This document shows positions 12,001 through 21,829 of a stretch of DNA of 64,000 nucleotides, piece by piece. The translations under genes were made by a program, and so were the position numbers. The stretch is taken from contig NC_042997.1 in NCBI RefSeq assembly GCF_006345805.1, positions 110,360,001 to 110,424,000 on the forward strand. Reading direction: 5' to 3'. How positions within the stretch are numbered: the stretch's first letter is position 1; each line of letters begins with the position of its first letter. Under the pieces are notes generated by a model. That model saw only the letters and a list, made by a program, of their open reading frames with translations. It had not been told where the DNA came from and did no database searches. This DNA is from Octopus sinensis. Taxonomy: Eukaryota.

Positions 12001-14180
12001 ACACTGACATTACACATCCATCGGAGCATACTGGCTTCATTTCTTGCAAGCTTACGCATATCCTCAGCTGTCACGGCCCATGTTTCACTACCATGTAGCA
12101 TGGCTGTACGTACACACGCATCATATAGTCTGCCTTTTACTCTTAGCGAGAGGCCTTTTGTCACCAGCAGGGGTAAGAGCTCTCTAAACTTTGCCCAGGC
12201 TATTCTTACTCTAGCAGTTACACTTTCAGCACACCCACCCCCGCTACTGACTTGGTCTCCTAGGTAGCGGAAGCTATCAACTACTTCTAGTTTGTCTCCC
12301 TGGAACGTGGTAGAAGTTGGTCTCTGCACATTTCCAGTGTTTATTTCTCCTGAGCATCTGCCACAGACAAAAACTATTTTCTTAGTTAGCCTTCCTTTGA
12401 CATTGCTGCACCTCTTATGTGTCCATAGCTTACACTTGGTGCACCTTATAGAGTTTCTACCTACACCTTTTTTACAGATCGAGCAGGGCCATCTACCTGA
12501 AGTCGTTTGTGGTTGGTCCACCTTCCTACTTATTAGGACTTTGGTTTTGGCTAGGTTGATTCTAAGGCCCTTCGATTCTAATCCTTGTTTCCACACCTGA
12601 AACTTCTCCTCCAGTTCTGATAGTGACTCAGCAATTAGAGCAAGGTCATCAGCATATAGGAGCTCCCAGGGGCATCCTGTCTTAAATTCTTCCGTTATTG
12701 CCTGGAGGACTATGATAAATAGGAGGGGGCTGAGGACTGAACCTTGGTGGACCCCAACCTCTACCCGGAATTCTTCACTGTACTCGTTGCCAACCCTCAC
12801 CTTACTAGCTGCGTCTCTGTACATGGCTCGCACAGCTCTCACTAACCATTCATCTATCCCTAGTTTCCTCATTGACCACCAGATAAGGGATCGGGGGACC
12901 CTGTCAAAGGCTTTCTCTAAGTCAACAAAAGCCAGGTACAAGGGCTTACCTTTGGCTAGGTATTTCTCCTGCAGCTGTCTTACCAGGAATATAGCATCAG
13001 TAGTACTTTTCCCTGGCACGAACCCAAACTGCATATCATCTAAGCTAACTCTCTCTCTAATTAACTGGGCTATAACCCTCTCCGTAACCTTCATTACCTG
13101 ATCCAACAGCTTGATGCCCCTGTAGTTATTTGTATCTAGGGCATCGCCTTTACCTTTGTAGCAGTTGACTATTATGCTGCTACACCAGTCATTGGGTATG
13201 ACTCCTTCGTGTATCACCTGGTTAACTATACGGGTGACTATGCTATAGCCGACACTACCAGATATTTTGAGCATCTCTGCAGTAATTCCTGATGGGCCTG
13301 GGGCTTTCCCTGTCTTCATGCTTCTAATTGCCTTAGCTACCACGGAACTATCAACTCGGATAGCTGGTCCCTCTGTTGGGTCAACATTCGGCAGACTCTC
13401 TTTATCCCATTCATTTTCCTCATTCAGCAACCTTTCATAGTGGCGTCTCCAAGCTTCTCTCTTTGCATCCTCATTTAGCGCAAGTGAACCATCCTCCATG
13501 CGAACACATTTCTCTCCTACCACATCTCGATTCTCTCTCACACACTGTCTTGCAACACGAAATACCTCAAGTCTTTCATCCTCACGGCGCAGGACATTGG
13601 CAAATTTTCTTTTATCTGCTTCCCCTCTGGCTAGATAGACCTGTCTCCTAGCTTCCCTTCTGGCAGTCTGATACACTTCCCTGCTACCACCATTCTTCCA
13701 GGCCTTCCAAGCCTGTTTCTTTTGTCTAATAGCCCTATCAACAATATTGTTCCACCACCATGTTATTTTGGGTCTTAAGGGGACTTTGCACCAGCCACAG
13801 ATCTGGTCAGCGGCTTTCAGCAGGTTGTCCCTCAGAAACGTCCAGTTGTCTTCTACCCCATGTGTAGCTATACCCCCTTCCACTTCGTCAAAGGCTTCAA
13901 GTAACATATCTCTAAATCTCTGTCCATTCGCAGGGTCTTTAAGCTTCCAGACCCTTCTTCTCCATGTTGGTCGTCTTCTAGTCGCCCTCTTAGTCCTGAT
14001 CCTAAAGTCACTAACTACCAGTCTATGTTGTGGGGTGCATTCTTCGCCTGGGAAGGTTTTGGCATTTATAAGCAGCCATCTTTCCCTTTTTCTGGCGAGG
14101 ATGTAGTCGATTTGGCTAGTATGCCGGCCCGATCGGTAGGTGACCAGGTGGCTTGTTGGTTTCCTGAAGTTAGTGTTGCA
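9059..14180 (-). mobile_element. RTE-clade LINE, 5'-truncated, with expanded repetitive 3' UTR and (GAT)n tail, in APEX2 intron 3
   Basis: RT ORF at 11703-14180, 3' UTR repeats at 9070-11702, (CAT)n on plus at about 9062-9086. Same orientation as APEX2. Confidence 0.9.
11703..14180 (-). CDS. RTE LINE ORF2 (C-terminal part of endonuclease + reverse transcriptase + Cys/His finger), 825 open codons
   Basis: KAPGPSG, NYRGIKLL, QFGF..GKST.DAIF, FVDLEKAFD, GVHQGSVLSP, LYADD and RGRPRKTW motifs. The frame stays open upstream of the called Met through CNTNF..HLVTY..SQIDY...QHRLV to a TAA at 14181-14183. Confidence 0.92.
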   Translation of the reverse strand, partial: CNTNFRKPTSHLVTYRSGRHTSQIDYILARKRERWLLINAKTFPGEECTPQHRLVVSDFRIRTKRATRRRPTWRRRVWKLKDPANGQRFRDMLLEAFDEVEGGIATHGVEDNWTFLRDNLLKAADQICGWCKVPLRPKITWWWNNIVDRAIRQKKQAWKAWKNGGSREVYQTARREARRQVYLARGEADKRKFANVLRREDERLEVFRVARQCVRENRDVVGEKCVRMEDGSLALNEDAKREAWRRHYERLLNEENEWDKESLPNVDPTEGPAIRVDSSVVAKAIRSMKTGKAPGPSGITAEMLKISGSVGYSIVTRIVNQVIHEGVIPNDWCSSIIVNCYKGKGDALDTNNYRGIKLLDQVMKVTERVIAQLIRERVSLDDMQFGFVPGKSTTDAIFLVRQLQEKYLAKGKPLYLAFVDLEKAFDRVPRSLIWWSMRKLGIDEWLVRAVRAMYRDAASKVRVGNEYSEEFRVEVGVHQGSVLSPLLFIIVLQAITEEFKTGCPWELLYADDLALIAESLSELEEKFQVWKQGLESKGLRINLAKTKVLISRKVDQPQTTSGRWPCSICKKGVGRNSIRCTKCKLWTHKRCSNVKGRLTKKIVFVCGRCSGEINTGNVQRPTSTTFQGDKLEVVDSFRYLGDQVSSGGGCAESVTARVRIAWAKFRELLPLLVTKGLSLRVKGRLYDACVRTAMLHGSETWAVTAEDMRKLARNEASMLRWMCNVSVHNRQSVSTLREKLNLRSVSCGVQERRLRWYGHVTRMAEDSCVQKCYTLAVEGTCGRGRPRKTWDEVVKHDLRTLGLTKEMTEDRVLWKCAVHERTRQD

Positions 14181-14616
14181 TTATTTATATTATTTACATT
14201 ATTTACATTTGATGGATATTTGTCCTCATCTTTTTCATTGTTAACACAATGTTTCAGCTGATATACTCTCCAGCCTTCATCAGGTGTCTTGGGGAAATTT
14301 CGAACCTGGGTTCTCATTCCTAAGGTATTTTTCGATGTTATTATTATTATTCAGGTCACAGCCTGGAATCGAACTCGGAATCTTGGGGTTAGTAGCCCGT
14401 GCTCTTAACCACTACGCCATATGCCTGAATATCATCAAAAAATACTTTAGGAATGAAAACCCAAGTTTGAAATTTCCCCAAGACACCTGATGAAGGTTGG
14501 AGGGTATATCAGCCGAGACGTTGTGTTAACAACAAACAAGATGAGGACAAATATCCGTCAAATGTAAATAATATAAATAATGTACATAATTCCTCATCTC
14601 TTAAATATAGAACTGT
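14179..14616. mobile_element. Palindromic element: about 165-bp inverted arms with hammerhead-like cores flanking a tRNA-like spacer
   Basis: Arms about 14179-14355 and 14424-14583. The spacer 14356-14423 reads (minus) TGGCGTAGTGG...GAGTTCGATTCC (A and B boxes). Confidence 0.75.
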
Positions 14617-15289
14617 AGAGATGCACATATCATCAGCCACTAAGGGACATGGTCAACTGGTTAAGGTCAAACAACTGACCAGCAAATCTGTAGTATTGAG
14701 CAGAATATTTGCTGGAGCCCATCTTTTTACACCAAGACAAAACATAGAAAGCTGGCAGGATCATTAGGATGCTGTACAAAATGTTTAGCAGCAGCATTTC
14801 GGCCATTTTTACATTCTGAGTTCAAATTCAGCCAAGGTCGACTTGCATTTCATCCATTCAGGGTCAATAAAATAAGTTCCATTTGGACACTGGGGGAAGG
14901 GGGGGGGGTCAACACAATCAGCTTACCCCATCCCCCACACACTCCCCCATTGAAATTGCTAGCCTTGTGCCAAAATTTGAATCCAACAGAGATGAGATAT
15001 AATTCTACATATGGTACAGTTAGCAACATCGAGGCAATAGTGCTTTACTGTGTGGATTGTAATATAGATGATCCATGTGACTTATAGTTGTATATATTGT
15101 GTGGTTAAGTAAGGTAAATAAGAAAATCTGCTTCAATGAATTTCTTCTGACCCATGCAAGCACGGAAAAACAGACATAACATCATTGATGTTATTTAAAC
15201 ACAAAGAATTACATAGACATTTAAACATAGATAAATATATTTAAATATAAAGAACTGAATATAATATAGTTAAATTACATATATATATA

Positions 15290-15600
15290 TCACCATGATC
15301 ACCGTGACCGACCAGGCTATCGGATCTCGCTACACATCGCTGGTCACAATGCACTTTGCATTGTTTTAGCCTTCAAATGACGCCACCCCACTGGCTAAGC
15401 GAGCAGGCCAACAGAAGAAAGAGTGAGAGAAAGTTAGGGCAAAAGAGTACAGCAGGGATCGCCACCACCCCCTGCCAGAGCCTTGTGGAGCTTTAGGTGC
15501 TTTCGCTCAATAAACATTCACAACGCCCAGTCTGGGAATCGAAACCGCGATCCTACAACCGTGAGTCCGCTGCCCTAACCACTGGGCCATTGCGCCTCCA
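15290..15600 (-). mobile_element. tRNA-derived SINE family D
   Basis: Head gtggaggcgcaatggcccagtggttagggcagcggactc...ggtttcgattcccagac. Related copy at about 62200-62570. Confidence 0.7.
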
Positions 15601-15644
15601 CATATATGTATATATATATATATATATAGTTAAATATAAATAAA

Positions 15645-15930
15645 CAATTGCAGTGCAGAAGGTGCTTATAAGTCATTTAAAACACACAAAAACCGTTAGA
15701 TTACCTCAACATTTAAATTTAATTTGCCATGCAGCACAGAATTTTATCAGTGATCAGGTCGTGGTCTCAAAGTGACGAAAATATTTTGGCAAATTAAATT
15801 TAAATATTGAAATGAATCTAATGGTTTTTGTATGTTTTTAAATGCTTATAAACACCTTCCACACTGCAATTGTTTTCATTCCAGCACACGATCTCAGATC
15901 AGGTCACTTGCTATGCAAGTACATCTCCGT
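15645..15930. mobile_element. Older copy of the 60445-60714 palindromic family
   Basis: caattgcagtgcagaaggtg...gcca mirrored by tggc...caccttccacactgcaattg. Shares the adjoining gcacacgatctcagatc segment with 60380-60445. Confidence 0.75.
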
Positions 15931-15974
15931 AAATATAAATAATTAAGCACGTATTTTAATCGATAATTTAAATA

Positions 15975-16357
15975 CAGTGGTACCTCACAGTACAAGTTTA
16001 ATTCATTCCATGACCAAGATCGTTTTATTTATTCATCTTACAAATAAATTTTCCCCATTGAAATTAACTAAAATATAATTAATCCATTCCAGACCCCCAA
16101 AACACTCAAAAATATTTTTTTATGGGTTTTAAAACAGAAAAGGTGTAGTTACAAATAAAATGACTATTATAAAAAAAAAGAGAATGCAAAAGAAATATGT
16201 AAACTGGTTTAATTACTGATTCACCTTAAAGATGGGAAGATTTGTGTGCTCATACTGCGGATTTCTGTTCGTACTTCAAGACAAAAATTCGCACAAGTCT
16301 CGGCTCGTACAGCAAATTACTCATACAATGGTACACTCGTACTGAGAGGTTCTACTG
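15975..16357. mobile_element. pogo/Tigger-like MITE
   Basis: TA|cagtggtacctc ... gaggttctactg|TA. Confidence 0.6.
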
Positions 16358-16392
16358 TATATTTAAATGTAAAATGTTGAGTAAATATCTAC

Positions 16393-16579
16393 CTAATCTC
16401 GTGTTGGGTTATCACAGTTCGGCCTTCAGCATCAAGGGCATCAAGCTCATCTTTTGAAAATTCACTGTGATCACCATAGCAACCAACAACATCGTCAGCC
16501 TCTTTCTTGTTAAGGGTCCCTGATAAACCTTCTTCAGCTTTAACTGGGAGACAGTAGTCTTTACAGTAGGTCACAACAC
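16393..16579 (-). CDS. APEX2: APEX2 exon 3 (187 nt)
   Basis: ccctttag|GTGTT...ATTAG|gtagat. Encodes GVVTYCKD..PVKAEEGLSG...LDAEGRTVITQH. Phase 1 to 2. Confidence 0.92.
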
Positions 16580-16684
16580 CTAAAGGGCCAACAAAAAAAG
16601 ACAACAACAAGTCAAGGGTTTTCATTAATTACAGCTTAATTACAAAAGTGTGACATCTCGTCAGGAGGTGGAACTGTTACTTAC

Positions 16685-16768
16685 CAGAGTAACCACTTCT
16701 TTTACGAGAGAAACTGAAAAATGCATTGTAGCCGTCCACTATTGCTGTCATCTCATCTAGCATATCAC
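16685..16768 (-). CDS. APEX2: APEX2 exon 2 (84 nt)
   Basis: cttcctcccag|GTGAT...TCTG|gtaagt. Encodes RDMLDEMTAIVDGYNAFFSFSRKRSGYSG. Too short for the ORF track. Phase 1 to 1. Confidence 0.9.
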
Positions 16769-18380
16769 CTGGGAGGAAGAAAAAAAGGGAAAACTATTTC
16801 ACAGATAACGGCAAAGATACAAGAAGATACGAATAAACATCATCATCATCACCGTTTAACATCTGTTTTCCATGCTAGCATGGGTTGGACGGTTCAACTG
16901 GGGTTTGGGAACCAGGAGGCTGTACCAGGCTCCAGTCTGATCTGGTAGTGTTTCTACAGCTGGATGCCCTTCCTAACGCCAACCACTTTGTGAGTGTAGT
17001 GGATGCTTTTTACATGCCACCAGCACAGGTGCCAGGGGAGGCTGGCAACGGCCACGATTAGTTGGTAGTTTTTACATGCCACTGACACAAAAGCCAGTCA
17101 AGGCAGCACTGGCATCGGCCACATATGGATGGTGCTTTTTACGTGCCAACAGCATAGGTGCCAGGGTAGGCCGGCAACAGCCACGATCGGTTGGTGGTTT
17201 TTACGTGCCACCGACACGGAAGCCAGTCAAGGCGGTGCTGGCATCGGCCACATATGGATGGTGCTTTTTACGTGCCACGTAATAGAAATCTAGAGATCAG
17301 AAAGTTATTTGATAGAATCAGTAGAGCACAAAACAAACTGACTTGTGTTGGATTTACAGTTTGAGTTCAAATGCTGCTGCATCCAACTTCATCCATTCAT
17401 CACGCCAGGGTCAATAAAATAAAGTACCTGTTAAATACTGAGGGCTTAATCATCATCATCATCATTTAACGTCCGCTTTCCATGCTAGCATAGGTGGACG
17501 GTTTGACTGAGGACTGGCGAACCAGATGGCTGCACCAGGCTCCAATCTGATCTGGCAGAGTTTCTACAGCTGGATGCCCTTCCTAACGCCAACCACTCTG
17601 AGAGTGTAGTGGGTGTTTTTATGTGCCACCGGCATGGGGGCCAGTCAGGTGGTACTGGCAACGACCTCGCTCGAATCTTTTTACACATGCCACCAGCACA
17701 GGTGCCAGTAAGGCGATGCTGGTAGCGATCCCACTCGAATGGTGCCTCTTACATGCCACCGGCACAGAAGCCAGTTAGCCGCTTTGGCAACGATCATGCT
17801 CGGATGGTGCTCTTAGCACCCTACTAGCACGGGGCACAAGTGCCAGCAAGGTGAAGCTGGTATTGATCACACTTGAATGGTGCCTTTTATGCGCTACTGG
17901 CACGGAAGCTGGTTAGTCGCTCTATCAACGATCACGCTCGTATGGTGCTCATGCCCGTCATCAAATTTCACTTTGATTTTGATTGATATTCATTTGATTT
18001 TGATTAATATTCATCGAAATGGCTTGTAAGGGCTGTACAAGTCAGGTACAAAGATGCAGCAAATAAAAGAGAGTCAATGATTTCAGGGTCCAACAGGGTT
18101 CACAGTCTTGCAGAATCCCACAGTGGAATCTATGGAAACTCCTGTAGACTGAGGATGTGATTCTCTTGGATGAATCTATGGCGGAATTACAGAGGAAATA
18201 CCAGTGGGGCTGGTGCCACAAGATAGTACCAAATGCATGCTGTAAAAGTGGTTGGAGTTAAGAATGGTCCCCAGCTTTAGAAACCATGTCAAAGCAGACA
18301 CTGGAGAACAATGCATTTCTTGGATCCATCAGATCCTGTCAAACCATCTGGATTATTTTTGCACAGAAGATGGCCATTAG

Positions 18381-18506
18381 ATGATGATGATGGTGATGGT
18401 GATGATGACGATGGTGACAATGATGATGACGATGATGATGATGACAATGATGGTGGTGGTGGTGGTGGTGACTATGATGATGATGGTGATGATGATGATG
18501 ACAGTG

Positions 18507-18538
<32 letters not shown>

Positions 18539-18544
18539 GATGAT
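18381..18544. repeat. Compound (GAT)n/(GGT)n microsatellite
   Basis: Read directly; this is the source of the poly-Asp and poly-Met ORFs. Confidence 0.95.
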
Positions 18545-19087
18545 CTATTCCACCAAATTTGAGGTCTTGTGTTTATGTTAGCAGATAACATCTATAATCT
18601 TGTTAAGGTGACAAGCTGGCAGAAGCGTTAATACGGGCAAAATGCTTAGCTGTGTTTTGTTTGTCTTCATGTTTTGTGTTCAAATTCAGCCAAGGTTGAC
18701 TTTGCCTTTCATCCTTTCAGGACCAACAAAATAAGTACCAGTCAAACACTGGGTCAACTTACCCACTCCCTACAAAAACTGCTGGCCTTGCACCAAAATT
18801 CGAAACCAATATTTAGAATTTCACTATAAACACTATCACATGACCAGATAAATGTAGAATTTATTTGCTCGGAAAATATTAATTTATCTCACTAATTAGG
18901 ATCAATATTAATTTATCATACACAAATTATTAATTTATTGCACACTAATTATATTAATTAAGTACACACATGCATACTAATCATAATGAATATTACTTTA
19001 TCACACACTCACTTATAATAAATCATGCCATACAACCTAATTATGATAATTATCCATTAAGAATTGTTTCCCTATTATCTATTTTAA

Positions 19088-19308
19088 CCCTTTTGTTACC
19101 ATATTTCTATGAAGATGCTTTGTGTTTCTTTCAATTACTTTAAATATAACAAAGAATTTAGTAAAATAACTTAGTTATCATTCAGCTAGTGTTAGGAACA
19201 TAAATTGTGGCTAAGGTTTAGTGGAAGATTTTAATTCAAAACATTTGAAAACAAGACATTTGTACTACAGAGCCAGAGACAGTTTCAGCCGGGTTGGTAA
19301 CGAAAGAG
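19088..19308. mobile_element. piggyBac-like MITE (copy 1 of 3)
   Basis: TTAA flanks, TIR ccctttt(g)ttacc. Same internal sequence at 24901-25122 and 41084-41305. Confidence 0.75.
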
Positions 19309-20019
19309 TTAATTACACCCACTCTATTTACAATAAATATTAGTTTCAAATTTTAGCACAAGGCCAGCAATTTCAGGTGAGGGGTTAAGTCAATTACAAC
19401 TGGTCCTTGTTTTATCAACTGACTCCGAATGGATGAAAGGCAAAGAGGACCTCAGCAGAAATTGAGATGGGCACACAAAGACAGGTGACATGCCGCTAAG
19501 CATTTTCTGCCAACCTGCTAACGATTCCTTCAGCTCACATCACCTTGATTATGATAAATAGGAAATTACTTCACACACTCTAACTGTGATTGACTAATGA
19601 CATACAGAAGTTGAAGTTGAATGATCAGCTATACTGTCCTCAATAAGCAGATGAAAATGGTAGGACTCTACTAATTAGATACAGTTAATTAACCAATTAA
19701 AAGAGAACTTGGCTAAACTCTCTCTCTCATTCTGTGATCCAGCAAGAGTGTATTTCTCTCTTTCATAACACACAATTTCATTCAAACCTTCAACAAGTCT
19801 TTCTACCAAAGGTTCATCCTCTTCATCATTGTTTTACAATCCACTCTTCCTTGTTGCCATTATTAAGGCAGATTCTTTCTCTACAGCCAGATGCTTTTCC
19901 TGTCACTCATCCTCACCTGCTTCCAAGGAAAGTAATCTTTCTTCATAGCCTAACATGATCTCACAGAATATTAGAAATCACAATGCCAAGAAAAGGACAC
20001 ACACACACATTCATATATA

Positions 20020-20049
<30 letters not shown>

Positions 20050-20050
<1 letters not shown>

Positions 20051-20555
20051 ATCAAATCAAATCAAACAAATCAAAATAGATGAACATAAATGGAATTTGT
20101 ATCTTTGTGGTACCAGTGCCGGTGGCACACAAGAAAATCATCCGAACGTGGCCGTAGCCAGTACCGCATAGACTGGCCTCCGTGCTTTGGGGACGTAACA
20201 AACACCATCCGATCGTGGCCGTCCGCCAGCCTCATCTGGCACCTGTGTCGGTGGCACATAAAAACACCATCCGAGCGTGGCCGTCTGCCAGCCTCGTCTG
20301 GCACCTGTGTCGGTGGCACATAAAAACACCATCCGAGCGTGGCCGTTCGCCAGCCTCGTCTGGCACCTGTGTCGGTGGCACATAAAATCACCCACTACAC
20401 TCTCGGAGTGGTTGGCGTTAGGAAGGGCATCCAGCTGTAGAAACACTGCCAGATCTGACTGGCCTGGTGCAGCCTTCGGGCTCCCCAGACCCCAGTTGAA
20501 CCGTCCAACCCATGCTAGCATGGAAAACGGACGCTAAATGATGATGATGATGATA
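20050..20555 (+). mobile_element. RTE-3'-end-derived repeat (family C) with (GAT)n tail, representative copy
   Basis: Inverted near-identical copy of 9062-9700. Related copies near 6165, 16845, 17455, 22070, 29775, 38800, 44045 and 44500. Confidence 0.8.
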
Positions 20556-21306
20556 TATACACACACACACATACACTGCTTCTGTCTAACAAATCCATTC
20601 ACAAGGCTTTGGTGAGCTTGGAGCCACAGAAGATACCTGCCCAAGGCACCATGCAGTGGAACTGAACTTGAAACCATGTGGTTAGGGAGCAAACTTCTCA
20701 ACCACACAATCATGCTTGCACTATCATCATCATCATCACCATTGTTTTAATGTTCCCAACAAGCTTCTTGTCAGTTTTTATCAAACCAAATTCAGTCACA
20801 GGGCTTTGTTCAGCTTGGAGCCATGATAGAGGGCACTTCTCCAACGTTTCACAGAGCGACTGAACCTGAGATCACATGGTTGGGAAGCAAGCTCCTTATC
20901 CCCATCAGTGGAATGTGTAAGAGAAACTTAATGTTAGTTGGTCAAATTTCAAAAACAGAGAGCCAATGTCCCTGTAAGAGGCACATCTCAGAGCACAGTG
21001 AGACACAAAGACCACCCTGATCATGTCCCAGCATCCCAAAATGTTTCTAGTTGTCTTGACCTACCTTGCCACTGATCCAGGAAGTTGGGGGACAAGACAG
21101 TGTGCCTGCTTGTCTTGCACAGCCCCTCTTCACTATAATTCCAGAGCAAGTTAGGACCCTAGCTCCTTAGAACTACAGACGGTAGACCTTCCATGTCTGA
21201 GCTGGAATATCATATATGTCAGACAAGGAAATATCCTCAGTTCTATAGGTTCCTTGTACATGAGGGCATATGGATTGTGTAGTCGAGACAGGGGCCTAAG
21301 CAACTA

Positions 21307-21829
21307 CCGTAAATCTTCAAGTATAGTTCGCCCTTGAGTATAATACGCAGGGGATTTTTAGGGGGGTGTACCTCTAAAAAACCTAAACCTTGTGTATAAT
21401 ACGCACTCCTTCTCTAACTTGAGTCGTGCGTAATTAAGCCAGCAGCACCTAGTCGAACAAACACTTCCGTGCATGCGTAATACAATTTTTGGTGATGTTC
21501 TTAACTGTTATATGGGAATGTAAATATGTTTGCAAATTGTTTTTGTTACATGTTATTCCGTGTTCTGAATACTTTTATTTTAATAAATGTTGCTTACTGC
21601 AAGTTATGGATGATTCTTTTATGACTTCATTGCTTTCAGGCTTAGCTTAATTTATTTTTGTGCCGGCATCACAAAATGCGCCTGAATGAACATTGCCGGA
21701 CAGCAAATAGAGACTCAGACATTGCTTAGAAAATATTTTTCATTTTTAACCTCGTATATAATACGCACTAGGGATTTTGATCTTTAAATTTTGAGGAAAA
21801 AAATGCAGATTATACTCGAGGATTTACAG
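21307..21829. mobile_element. pogo/Tigger-like MITE
   Basis: TA|ccgtaaatcttcaagtata ... tatactcgaggatttacag|TA. Confidence 0.65.

Noticed and set aside
14356-14423. tRNA gene (Ser-like); also similar heads at about 15545-15600 and 62500-62570
   Set aside because: T-stem and acceptor stem are imperfect and each is embedded in a repeat, so these are SINE-type heads rather than tRNA genes.
18311-18581. Poly-Asp and poly-Met/Val ORFs
   Set aside because: Translations of a (GAT)n/(GGT)n microsatellite.
20900-21300. Unique-looking stretch possibly coding or LINE-derived
   Set aside because: All frames are interrupted and any similarity to RLE-LINE zinc-knuckle regions is too weak to call.
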